A stretch of 64,000 bases of DNA. Source: Chamaesiphon sp. Lineage in GTDB: Bacteria > Cyanobacteriota > Cyanobacteriia > Cyanobacteriales > Chamaesiphonaceae. The translations under genes were made by a program, and so were the position numbers. This document shows positions 9,229-18,833 of this stretch, one piece after another. Location of the stretch: positions 1-64,000 of the forward strand of contig CBDFFH010000009.1 of assembly GCA_965246715.1 (NCBI GenBank). The letters run 5' to 3'. The notes under the pieces are model-generated. The model worked only from the letters and a program-made list of their open reading frames with translations, did not search any database and was not told the DNA's origin. Numbering within the stretch: the first letter of the stretch is position 1; each line of letters begins with the position of its first letter.

Positions 9229-10518
9229 ATGCTAACAGCCAAAAATTGTCAAGCTAGTACGGCGGTGCAGTATTTCACTGACGATTACGATCCAGGGCAG
9301 ACGCGATGGTTTGGGAAAGGTGCCGCCGAACTGGGATTAGTCGGTGAAATCGAGCGAGGAGAATTTGAAAATGTCTGCTACGGTCGATCGCCAAATGGGA
9401 CTAAATATCTCGGTACTAAAGGCGACCCTGACAAACGCCGTGCGGGAACGGATTTTACCTTTTCCGCCCCGAAATCTGTGAGTTTGACTGCGTTAGTGGG
9501 CGGGGATGCTCGGTTGGAAGTCGCCCATCGTACTGCCGTTGAGAAAACTTTGGCACTCATCGAAGCCCGTTATGCCCAAACCCGCATTACTAATAACAAG
9601 CATGTAGCGGAAGTCAAAACAGGAAATCTTGTCGTCGCCCAGTTCGACCATATCGAGAGTCGCGAACTCGATCCGCATCTACACACTCACGCCCTAGTTT
9701 TGAACCTAACTCAAGCAGAGAATAGAAAGTGGTACGCGAACGACAACGATCTAATTTTTCAGAACAAGAAACACTTGGGTACGATTTATCAGGCTTACCT
9801 AGCAGCCGAAGTCGATCGACTGGGTTATGAGATCGAGCCTCGTCCCCACGGGATGTTTGAGATTAAAGGTTACAAGCGGGAGAATTTAGTCGAGTTTAGC
9901 AAACGCCGGATGCAGATTCTCGCTCAGTGTCCAAGTAATAGCACTTGGCAGACGCGGGAGGATAGTTGGGAACGCACTCGCAAGCATAAAGAACGCATCC
10001 CCTCAACTGAGTTAAAAGCACGATGGCAGCGGGAAGCTAGCGATTTAGGCATTGAAATCGTCAAAGCTGGAGTGCTGCCAGTTGCCCAGTCGATTCGGCA
10101 GAGCCGACGCTTCGCGAACGATTCAGAAAAAACGGAACGGTTCATCAACGATGCGATCGCTCATTGCTCCGAGCGGAGCGTTGACTTTAGAGTTGAAGAC
10201 ATTGAGAAATTCATAATCGCCCAACGATTGCCGCTCGATATTGCTGAGATTAAATCTCTGTGCGACACTCGATCGGATTTAATTAAGATCGATCGGCACT
10301 ACACCACTTTGAAGGCACAAATACAAGCTGAAGTTGGCGAACGGATTCAGGTTGAGCCGTTGCTAGATCGTGTAAATGAAACAGAGGATGAATTAGCTCG
10401 GCAAGAAAGTGTCAAGGTTCCTACTCATGGTGGCAGTGTGAGGGTTCCTATTCAAGGAGGAGATGTATGCGTTCCGACTTCTAGAAATCTCGATAACTCC
10501 TACTACCAAAAGCACTAG
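9229..10518 (+). CDS. MOBF (TrwC-type) relaxase without the helicase domain
   Basis: N-terminal YF..DY, DFTFSAPKSVS, FDHIESRELDPHLHTHA (3H motif), FSKRR. Confidence 0.9.
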   Translation: MLTAKNCQASTAVQYFTDDYDPGQTRWFGKGAAELGLVGEIERGEFENVCYGRSPNGTKYLGTKGDPDKRRAGTDFTFSAPKSVSLTALVGGDARLEVAHRTAVEKTLALIEARYAQTRITNNKHVAEVKTGNLVVAQFDHIESRELDPHLHTHALVLNLTQAENRKWYANDNDLIFQNKKHLGTIYQAYLAAEVDRLGYEIEPRPHGMFEIKGYKRENLVEFSKRRMQILAQCPSNSTWQTREDSWERTRKHKERIPSTELKARWQREASDLGIEIVKAGVLPVAQSIRQSRRFANDSEKTERFINDAIAHCSERSVDFRVEDIEKFIIAQRLPLDIAEIKSLCDTRSDLIKIDRHYTTLKAQIQAEVGERIQVEPLLDRVNETEDELARQESVKVPTHGGSVRVPIQGGDVCVPTSRNLDNSYYQKH

Positions 10519-10521
10519 TTA

Positions 10522-10725
10522 ATCGTCCGCACTGACACTCAAATCCTTTTCCGGCAAAGGTTCTGCGAATGGACGATAAGTGGGCGATGGTGCGGGGGTG
10601 GACGATACTCGTTGTGGAGTGGACGATAAGTGGACGATGAAAATCGGTCTTATCGTCCACTCCTAAATCCTTGCCCCGATTGATTTCTGGCTCTCGATCT
10701 CGATCGGTGGACGATATGGACGATA
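10522..10725. repeat. Iteron-like array of GGACGAT/ATCGTCC (about 8 copies)
   Basis: Direct and inverted heptamers; same motif as 11565-11795. Confidence 0.7.
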
Positions 10726-10829
10726 CTTTTATCATTTTGTCTAACACGATCGCTCTTGGCTCTTTATTGCTGTCTCCGACTCCTTCCCTAACCTCGATAA
10801 TCATCCGCTCGTCGCCAACTCATCAATAG

Positions 10830-11495
10830 TTACCCCTCCTCTAAATACCTCAGAGCCGCGACCTTCACCCAGTCAGACCTACTACCATCATCTAGCTCGA
10901 CTATTGCCTTTGTGCGACCTCGATTCCACTGCCCTAATACGCCCCACTCGCTCGTAGAGACAATTTCGACCCGCTCGCCGAGCCTTAACTCTCTTGTAGT
11001 TAATGGTGGTGGCAGTGGTCTAATACTGCCGATTGCCCCCAGATCCTCAAACCTAATCCAGCTAGTCACCCGTCCGTCAGGCTTGAGACAGGCATAACCA
11101 TCGCCACACTTGGAGATCTCCCAGACTTCTAGCTCGCCTGAATACTGCCGCTGAAGGTTGGGATCGGTGCCGATGTACGTGACGCGTTCGCGTAGCGGAT
11201 GAAATCGCGCTGAGGTTCCCGTCTGGCGACACGTCTCGCTTCGCTCGCCTACAGCGTGCGTTTCACCAAGCAGCGTCCCCTTTGGGGAATCGCCTAGCTG
11301 GAATTGGGCGATTCCGCCAAGCGGAGGCTTCGCCAACGGCTTGGGTGGTTCGACACTCAGAACCCGATCTATAGAAGTTTTTCTTTGACCGCTGGGGGTT
11401 TCGATGGTAATGGTATCACCATCGATCGCTAGCACTTTGCACCCTACCCCAGCCAACCCGTAAACAACCGATCCGAGCGTTACCTTAGAATTCAT
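10830..11495 (-). CDS. Hypothetical protein with tandem SH3/KOW-like segments, carrying compound mini-repeat insertions
   Basis: Overlaps the primase stop. LGSVVY/ERVTY/LGERVEI repeats; the inserted peptides match dispersed repeats. Confidence 0.6.
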   Translation of the reverse strand: MNSKVTLGSVVYGLAGVGCKVLAIDGDTITIETPSGQRKTSIDRVLSVEPPKPLAKPPLGGIAQFQLGDSPKGTLLGETHAVGERSETCRQTGTSARFHPLRERVTYIGTDPNLQRQYSGELEVWEISKCGDGYACLKPDGRVTSWIRFEDLGAIGSIRPLPPPLTTRELRLGERVEIVSTSEWGVLGQWNRGRTKAIVELDDGSRSDWVKVAALRYLEEG

Positions 11496-14220
11496 CTTCG
11501 GTAGCCTCTGGGATGTCGTCTAAATTAGAAACTTTTTCTGGCTGCTTAGACAATGGCAATTTTTTATCGTCCATATCGTCCATACCTTCCGACACAGGCT
11601 GAACTCTTTGCCCTGGTGGACTTTGGGGGCGGACGATCTCACAATTGGGTATCGTCCGTGGATCGTCAGTATTTGTATTATCGTCCGCTAGATCTTCCGT
11701 AGTATTGAATATCGTCCGTGGATCGTCCGCATTCAAATCATTGCCCTGACTGGCTTCACTACCATCTATGGACGGTATGGACGATATGGACGATATTTTT
11801 ACGACTTTCTCCAGGCAGATAAGTCTATTTCGATCTTGCCCTTCTCGGAAATACCCAACTTCTATCCCTAATGCCTTGAGGTCGGGAGCCAATCGAGTGA
11901 GTTGACGGCTGAGGCTGTTGGAAGCCTTGGGGAAATATCGCGATCGATAGGTGGCTTCGTCGGTATGCTGTTCTAATTCATTCAGAAGTTGCGAAGCTGT
12001 ACCCTTCCAAACTAGGGGGGTGTTCTCCATCAGTTGGATAATTGCCTCACCTACAGGCGACGACTCGATTACCACCTGGCGAGATTCTTCGCGGCTCTGG
12101 CTGAAGGCTTCCATAAACTCACCCTTTCTCAATCCCAAGGCTTGCTCACTGGCGATCGCAAAGAGCGCGTAGTCAGCCATCCGAGGCAGTTTATCTGGCT
12201 TAATATTCGGTAACGCTGCTAATGTCTGACTCAGTGCCGTCAACAGTGCCCCCAGGATGCGCGGACGCGCCGCTTCGATTTTGGCAGTTAATTCGGCTTG
12301 GGGTAGTCGTTTTTCTTCAGTTATTTCACCCAGTTGTACCATCAAGACTCGATCGGCTAAGTCATCGCGAGTCACTAAAGAATCGATCGCTGTGATAATC
12401 TGGGGGCGAGCAAACTCAAAGGTAGTTTCTTCGTCAGTGCTAAAGAGAGTGCGAGTACTGTAGCCGAATCCAGTTGCAATCCGACACAGATCGTCCGATT
12501 GGTCTGCACTAATATGTCCCACGTTATCGTAGACCATCAATAGCCGACGGGAAGCCGAAACCGCGAGCTTATGGGTATCTCCTTGTAGCTTGATGAGTGG
12601 GGCTTTGCCAGGATCGATTAAACCTTTGAGCATTTCTGCGGCAACGGTCTTGCCGCTCCCTCTGTGTGCAGATAGTACTAATACCGGATAGGTTTTATTC
12701 GGACAGAAGCAGAATAATAGGAATGTGATAATCAAAGTCCATCCAGCTCCATCTACATTTAGTAATTCCCGTAATTCTGCCAGATTTCCCCCAGCGATGG
12801 GATAAGGGAGCGGACGCAGCGAATCCGGTCGCCAAAATCGCACGGGTGGATCTACGATCGTCCGCCAGCCAATAGAATCGATCTCGATCGCTTTCCAGTC
12901 TGGAGTACCCAAGTCGAGATAAATTTTCTCCCGATCCTGGGCGATGCGGAGATGGACTTCACGAGTTATTGAATCCTGACCGTACAAAGCGATCGCTTCG
13001 AGCGTTGAGAGCGTATCTTGCATCGTCTGGGAGCCGATCCCTTTACCCTCGATATTGAAATATTCACCTGAGAGCCACATCCTAAAAGCTCTGGAGCGCA
13101 CTGCATAAGTGTGACGGGTGCCTGAAATAGTTATATCTGCATAAGCAACTCGATCTGGAGTTTGGAAGTAAGTAGCAGTTCTGCCGATCTCCAGCAACCT
13201 CTCTGCAACTGACTTCTGTGGCTTTTTTCCGCCGGAGGCTGGATCGTCTTCATTGCTGTCTATTTCCGCTGTTTCGATCGGTTTGGCACTGTCGATAACG
13301 CGATAAAATGCCTCGACTCCATCGTTAAAGATTAAATCGTCAATGCCTTTACCTCGATCGCTACTCCAATCAGCTAAATACACTTGACAATCTGCTGCTA
13401 TTAATAAACCAGCGAATCTTTTAGTTGCAGCACGAACCATATTTATGGTTTTAGGTTTGCTGTCCTTATCAAATGCAATAGTTATTCTTCTGCTAGGAGT
13501 AGAAATTAACTTTAAATCGTTAATTAATGTGTAATCCTTTTCGCCTTTATTCTGTTCGGGACAGCCATTCCAAACCCCAGTTAACGAGATACAAATCTCC
13601 CCAGTACTAACCCCACTCAAAGCTTTCTTAGCCCCTTCAGTGATAGAGACTGGGATTCTTGAATTGTCCAGAATCCAACGTAAAAACTCCAAGCTGAGTC
13701 GTTGGCATTCAGCTCGCCATTCGTTCGAGCCGATATCTGTTAATTGCCATTGCCTAGTAACTAGCTCGCTGGGTAAATCTACGTCTACACGCACTGATAT
13801 TGCTTGCCATGTTTCCAAATCGATTATCGGCAGGAATGCCTTACAAGGCTTTTTTGCTGGATGCTCGTATTTAATCGATTTGCCTTCTTTATCTAGTCGC
13901 GGCTGGAGCGGCTTAAAACTAGTACAGCTTCCAATACGTTGGCGGAGCCTATCGGAACGATAATCGTGTTCGATATCGATGCCAGTATAAGATGTACCGC
14001 CATGTTCGACGATCGATGCGTATGTATCCCGATATCCCTTCTTTAACGTCCCGTTATTATTGTGGATCTTCACTTCCCCCAATAGTTCGCTAATTGCTTT
14101 GTCACCGTTGAGAAACTCAGCATTGAGCAAACACAATCTGGGATCGATCGCACTAGCATAAAATTCTTCAATGACACTTTCGGGGAAGTATTCGGTCAGA
14201 ATCGAGTAGTCATAATTCAT
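11485..14220 (-). CDS. DUF3854 (TOPRIM-like) primase fused to a P-loop ATPase/helicase; replication protein
   Basis: KYEHP, ITEGAKKA, IAFDKDSK, KGIDDL TOPRIM/DUF3854 motifs; Walker A SAHRGSGKT, Walker B MVYDN. Confidence 0.85.
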   Translation of the reverse strand: MNYDYSILTEYFPESVIEEFYASAIDPRLCLLNAEFLNGDKAISELLGEVKIHNNNGTLKKGYRDTYASIVEHGGTSYTGIDIEHDYRSDRLRQRIGSCTSFKPLQPRLDKEGKSIKYEHPAKKPCKAFLPIIDLETWQAISVRVDVDLPSELVTRQWQLTDIGSNEWRAECQRLSLEFLRWILDNSRIPVSITEGAKKALSGVSTGEICISLTGVWNGCPEQNKGEKDYTLINDLKLISTPSRRITIAFDKDSKPKTINMVRAATKRFAGLLIAADCQVYLADWSSDRGKGIDDLIFNDGVEAFYRVIDSAKPIETAEIDSNEDDPASGGKKPQKSVAERLLEIGRTATYFQTPDRVAYADITISGTRHTYAVRSRAFRMWLSGEYFNIEGKGIGSQTMQDTLSTLEAIALYGQDSITREVHLRIAQDREKIYLDLGTPDWKAIEIDSIGWRTIVDPPVRFWRPDSLRPLPYPIAGGNLAELRELLNVDGAGWTLIITFLLFCFCPNKTYPVLVLSAHRGSGKTVAAEMLKGLIDPGKAPLIKLQGDTHKLAVSASRRLLMVYDNVGHISADQSDDLCRIATGFGYSTRTLFSTDEETTFEFARPQIITAIDSLVTRDDLADRVLMVQLGEITEEKRLPQAELTAKIEAARPRILGALLTALSQTLAALPNIKPDKLPRMADYALFAIASEQALGLRKGEFMEAFSQSREESRQVVIESSPVGEAIIQLMENTPLVWKGTASQLLNELEQHTDEATYRSRYFPKASNSLSRQLTRLAPDLKALGIEVGYFREGQDRNRLICLEKVVKISSISSIPSIDGSEASQGNDLNADDPRTIFNTTEDLADDNTNTDDPRTIPNCEIVRPQSPPGQRVQPVSEGMDDMDDKKLPLSKQPEKVSNLDDIPEATEDEF
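11565..11795. repeat. Iteron-like array inside the 3' end of the primase gene (putative ori)
   Basis: About 9 GGACGAT/ATCGTCC heptamers bounded by inverted doublets TATCGTCCATATCGTCCA / TGGACGATATGGACGATA. Confidence 0.7.
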
Positions 14221-14455
14221 GATCTATTCTCTTTGATAATGTCAAGGTTTATACTTATTGAATTCTCAAAGCAGCGTGCCAATAGTTAGCACGTATCTAA
14301 TATTTGTTGATTTTTCTTGCAAAAAACAACCATCCGGCTGCCTCTCAGAGTATTGGTTCGCAACGCAAAATCACACAGATTAGATTAGAGTTTCACAAGC
14401 TTAAAACCACTAATTTCGGATTTGTAGATGCGAATTTATCAGAGCAATGCGATCG

Positions 14456-14488
14456 CCCCATTAGTAATTTTTAGATCTACTAATGGGG
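14456..14488. terminator. Stem-loop just downstream of the xis-like gene
   Basis: CCCCATTAGTA...TACTAATGGGG inverted repeat. Confidence 0.45.
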
Positions 14489-14495
14489 TATTGTT

Positions 14496-14762
14496 TTAGC
14501 CCACTGATGGCAACGTTGCCAAGTACTCTTCAACTAAGATTTGATGTTCTGGTCGATCGCCAGACGTTAAGTAATCAATCAACAATATTAGGTTCCAGAG
14601 GATCTTCCCCCGTTCTACTGGCTGAATCCAGTAGATCCCTTTGGGTAACTTGGCTCTTAACTGGGCTGATTGCCAAGTAGAGATATCGAAACGCTCTTGT
14701 CTAATTGCTGCCTCAGACAGAAATTTGAAGCAGCGGGATTTGGCTTTGGATGATGTTTTCAT
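14496..14762 (-). CDS. Small excisionase-like / winged-helix DNA-binding protein
   Basis: 88 aa between integrase and primase; LPKGIYW..ILWNLILL pattern of cyanobacterial integrase-adjacent proteins. Confidence 0.5.
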   Translation of the reverse strand: MKTSSKAKSRCFKFLSEAAIRQERFDISTWQSAQLRAKLPKGIYWIQPVERGKILWNLILLIDYLTSGDRPEHQILVEEYLATLPSVG

Positions 14763-15476
14763 AGCACTGAAGATCGTGAGATAATAGTGGTGTTTTGTTT
14801 TTAGTCTTAATCGGAAGACTTAATTTAATTTTGTCTTTCGATTAATTCTTTTCTATTGCAGTACTTGACGAAAAAACTGTTAAATTCAGTTAATTCGCAC
14901 AGGCTTCGGTGACGGTAAAGTCACGGTTATTTAATATTTAATCTTTGACTAGAGACAACTAGAGATTCTTGTCAAGATCGGCTTTTGCTGTTTTACTTGC
15001 GGGAGGGGTTAGTAACAAATAAGCTTGGCAAGGCTGATAAATATACTTTAGTACAGATCTACTATATTGGCAATGGCTATCTATTTGCTTTCCCGTTCTG
15101 GCATAAGATTTTATAGATTGTATTGAAAAAGACTTGACAATTTAGGTTGCTATCGATCGGCACAATTGCGATCGTTTATACGCACAAATAAGATTTCTCG
15201 ATCGATCGCATGGGCGTATGTAGACAGTAGAACGCGCTTATCGTGTCCTGTCTGTTCTGCCAGCGCGATTGGGTTCGCTCCTTGAGCGAGGGCGTGAGAA
15301 ATGGCTGAATGTCGCAAGTTGTAGGGCGATTACCTCCGGTAGGCTTCGCCAACGATACTCGCTCTGACAACTGGCTAAAATCGTTTTCCAAGCTCGCGCC
15401 CTAAATCGGTGGTTGTAGATGGCTAGCCCCCTCGGACTGGGGAATACTAGATTGAAAAATAAAAACTAATTTGGAT

Positions 15477-16616
15477 TTATTCTGTGATTTCTACTGTTCC
15501 AATATCCACAAACAAACATTCACTGCCAATAGCATGAGCGTAAGTAGATAACATCATGCGCTTATCGTGTCCAGTCTGTTCCGCCAGTGCGATGTAATTA
15601 GCACCGTTATGAAGCGCATGAGAGATGGCAGTGTGTCGAAGATTGTATGGCGAGCGATATTCGATCTGGCAGCTTTCAAGTATGGTTTTCCATGCTCTTC
15701 TTCTGAACGTGTGGTCATTGATGGGCAAACCTTTAGGACTGGGAAACACCAGATCGTCCGGCTGTGGGGATAGTCGATTGAATCTGGCTACCAACATCGA
15801 TCTCACATTCGGCGGTAACTGGATGGTGCGATGCTTTCCCGTTTTGGTGCCCTTTTGGTTTTGATGGCCGCGCGAGATGGATTCCCCGATCCATACTGTG
15901 GTGTAGCCCGAACCTAGATGCTTCCATCGTAACCCCGCAACTTCCCCAAATCTGCAAGCAGTAGAGGCGAGAAAGAGGATGAATTCAGTGTAGTGAGAGT
16001 AATATGGATTGTTCGCGAACGCTGAGACAATCGCTTGGAGTTCGGCAATAGTAAAAGGTTTCTTCTGTTGTCGATTTGGGGCTTTGTGACCCCTGGTAAT
16101 CGCACTGGTTAGACAACACTCCCAGGGATTAGATTCTGTAACGTGGTATTTACCCTGTGCCCAATCCCAGCAAGCTTTTAAATAGTAAAGATAGGATTTG
16201 ACTGTCCTGCTCGATGCCGATTCCAACCATTTAGCGATCGCGTCCTTCGCTACAGGCTCAGTAACTTTCTCGGCAGGTTTATCACCGAGTAACCGATCGA
16301 GTTTGGACAGGATCGCTTTAAGTCTTAGCCCCGATCCGTGAGTTAGCCCCCGCTCTTGTTGATGGTGGGGAATATATTTCTCAAATAGTTCGACTGCGCT
16401 AATCGCTGTGGGATCGTTCCCAAGCTTGCGAGGTTTGTATCTGAGTAGAGTAGTATCAAAGTTCCCGTAGTTGATGTCTTTCTCGATCTGTGCCATCTTC
16501 ATCTTGGCGGCAGACATCCCCACCGGATTATTGTGTTTGGGCAGACTGAAGCTATAGGGCTTGCCATCGTGCGAAAACCTGATGAGTAGGCTATTGCCGC
16601 GTTTTTCAATGTGCAT
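15477..16616 (-). CDS. int: Tyrosine recombinase/integrase with N-terminal arm-binding domain
   Basis: TACRFGEVAGLRW (R), TKTGK (K), YNLRHT (HxxR variant), TGHD (H), STYAH (Y); adjacent to the tRNA 3' end. Confidence 0.9.
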   Translation of the reverse strand: MHIEKRGNSLLIRFSHDGKPYSFSLPKHNNPVGMSAAKMKMAQIEKDINYGNFDTTLLRYKPRKLGNDPTAISAVELFEKYIPHHQQERGLTHGSGLRLKAILSKLDRLLGDKPAEKVTEPVAKDAIAKWLESASSRTVKSYLYYLKACWDWAQGKYHVTESNPWECCLTSAITRGHKAPNRQQKKPFTIAELQAIVSAFANNPYYSHYTEFILFLASTACRFGEVAGLRWKHLGSGYTTVWIGESISRGHQNQKGTKTGKHRTIQLPPNVRSMLVARFNRLSPQPDDLVFPSPKGLPINDHTFRRRAWKTILESCQIEYRSPYNLRHTAISHALHNGANYIALAEQTGHDKRMMLSTYAHAIGSECLFVDIGTVEITE

Positions 16617-16760
16617 AAAAACAGTGGGTGAAATGGTGGGCGACCGACCAGCCAAACCACGCAAAACAGCACATTATTTTGAGTGTATAGACACGAAAAA
16701 GCGGCTGTTAAGAAATGGTTTGTTTCCTAAAAGCCTTGCCAGCAATATGTTTCAATCAAA

Positions 16761-16834
16761 TCGGAACGAGAGGATTTGAACCTCCGACCCCTACTACCCC
16801 AAAGTAGTGCGCTACCAAGCTGCGCTACGTCCCG
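16761..16834 (-). tRNA. trnP: tRNA-Pro (GGG)
   Basis: The reverse complement folds as a cloverleaf: acceptor CGGGACG/CGTTCCG, D arm GCGC, anticodon stem CTACT/AGTAG with loop TTGGGGT, T loop TTCAAAT. CCA not encoded. Confidence 0.95.
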
Positions 16835-17106
16835 TTGCAGCTTATAATCGTAGCAAATCTCGATCTATTTAGCAACCCCTTGAATTATAAGGGATAACTC
16901 GCAGAGCTAAAACACACAATTTCTTAACATTGATGCGGGTTTGAGCTTAAAAACCTCATAAATTAGCCGATATTCGAGAAGGGATAGATATAAAGAAGGT
17001 AGAAAAGGCTCTAGTTGTTATGCAGAGAGGGCTAGAGCGATAGACAGATACACAAAACCCGTGGTAGGGTTGTGTTACCACACAGCAAACTTACCACGGG
17101 CTTATA

Positions 17107-17793
17107 GTGCCTATCAAAAAGACAGATAAAACTTCTGCCCCTATTCTAGCTGACAAATCCAAGCAATCCAACAGTGCGGATGCACCAAATCTCTCTGACC
17201 TTTCATTAAAGGATAAACCCTGGGATAAACATCGGGGATTTGCCGATCGAGTCCAGTCGCATTATGCTGGATCGAAATTCAAGTATCCGACTCACCGCTG
17301 GTTGTTTATGACGCTAACTCAAAAGAATGTGCCAATAACTGAGTTGAGGGAGACTTTGACTCAGATGAACAAGGGCTTTGAGCGGATGGTTAAGCGAAAG
17401 ATGTTCCCTGCTATTGGCTGGTTGCGATCGATGGAAGTTACCAGAGGTCGAGATGGGAATGCTCACCCACATTTTCACTGCTTACTGATGGTGCCAGCTA
17501 GCTACTTCGGGCAGGGTTACATCAAACAGCATGAATGGGCTGCGCTCTGGAAAGACTGCATGAGATATGACTATAACCCAGTGATGGACATTCAGGCTGT
17601 GAAGAAGGGATCTAGTCCAGCTAGCCTAGTTCCCGAATTGCTAAAATACTGTACGAAGGAGAGCGATATGGTGGTCGATCGTGAGTGGTTCTTGGAGTTG
17701 ACTACTCAATTGCACAAGATGAGAGCGATCGCGACAGGTGGAATCCTGAAGGACTATCTGCGAGAACTGAAAAGGCTAAATCAGAGTTGTTAG
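17107..17793 (+). pseudogene. rep: Rolling-circle replication initiator (Rep_1, pC194-like family), internally deleted and C-terminally truncated
   Basis: FMTLT (motif I), HPHFHCLL (HUH), KYCTKESD (Tyr). The Cys-rich segment expected before motif I is missing. Upstream hairpin at 17058-17100. Confidence 0.8.
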
Positions 17794-18206
17794 TTACTCC
17801 AATCCTGGCTCACGCAACAAAATTGTCTGGGGGAAGGGTAAAACTATTTTCTGGAGAAGAGTTTAATGTAGACCAGGAGCGGGGTCTAAATGGGTTTTGT
17901 GATTTTTTATTTAGCAGATCTGCTAATCCTTATACTATCGATGCTCCGGTATTAATGTTAGTTGAAGCTAAACGAGGTGAGATTGAATTTGGGCTGGGTC
18001 AATGTGTGGCTGAAATGATAGCGGCACAGCTTTACAATCAAAATCAGGAACAAGCGATTTCAGTCATTTATGGCTGTGTAACTAGTGGTAGATTGTGGCA
18101 GTTTCTTAAATTGGAAGGTGATAATGTGACGATCGACCCAGATAATTACCCACTAATGCCAATTCAAAAAGTTCTCGGTATCCTCAAGTGGATACTAAGC
18201 CAGTGA
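17768..18206 (+). pseudogene. N-terminally truncated PD-(D/E)XK (HsdR-N-like) cyanobacterial protein fused to the rep remnant
   Basis: EKAKSELLVTPIL..GFCDFLF..VEAKR..GQCVAEM..YGCVTSG; no start codon of its own. Confidence 0.65.
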
Positions 18207-18260
18207 GTCACTGGTAACTCATGTATGATATACTTGATGAGTTGTTACTGAGCTGGTTTT

Positions 18261-18794
18261 GTGTCAACAACTAAACATCGGATTGCTGCTTATTTACCGC
18301 CAGAGGTTAATGACAAGTTCCAGGCGTTTAAAGAGGAGAGGGGGCTTGGTGATTCTCAAGCTTTAATCCAGATTTTGACTGAATTTCTAGAGGTGAGTCA
18401 ACAAGTGAGTTATGGTAGCTCATTAGATATTGAAGTTCTAAAAAGTGAACTACTTCGTGAGCTATCAAATGAGTTAGAATTCAGGTTTAACGAGCTAAAA
18501 AGTGGCTTACTAAGTAGCTCACTAAAATCTGTGAAGATAAGCCAGGAGTCTTTGAAGGGGGTAAGGGTCAGCCAAGAGTCGCTAGATGCTGTAGAGTTAG
18601 ACAGTGAATTTATTGAGCGTCTGACGACTGCTCAACTCTCAGCGCGTTTTGGTTGCGATTCGGCTTTGACCAGGAAGCAGAAGAGTAAGTATAAGGATGA
18701 GCCTGATAAGTTTATTGCTTGGAGTAAGAGTAGAGATCCAGATGGTTGGGGTTGGCGGTTTGATGAAATAGATAGGGTATTCGATCGTCAATAG
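18261..18794 (+). CDS. Plasmid-type DNA-binding protein (RHH-like N-terminus)
   Basis: RIAAYLPPEV..FQAFKEERGL and C-terminal WSKSRDPDG.GW pattern. Confidence 0.6.
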   Translation: MSTTKHRIAAYLPPEVNDKFQAFKEERGLGDSQALIQILTEFLEVSQQVSYGSSLDIEVLKSELLRELSNELEFRFNELKSGLLSSSLKSVKISQESLKGVRVSQESLDAVELDSEFIERLTTAQLSARFGCDSALTRKQKSKYKDEPDKFIAWSKSRDPDGWGWRFDEIDRVFDRQ

Positions 18795-18833
18795 ACAACA
18801 AACAAGCTTCGAGTAAATTAATACAAATATGAC

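Larger units (their letters stand above)
1..16760. mobile_element. Integrative mobilisable element at tRNA-Pro; left boundary outside the window
   Basis: int + xis-like + primase/helicase + MOBF relaxase + ParM + leading-region genes, abutting the tRNA 3' end. Confidence 0.75.

Noticed and set aside
10481..10804. 107-aa ORF as a gene
   Set aside because: Its sequence is explained by the iteron array duplicated from the primase 3' end.
16921..16936. TTCTTAACATTGATG as a pC194-type double-strand origin
   Set aside because: Only a loose match to the CTTGATA nick consensus; cannot be supported.
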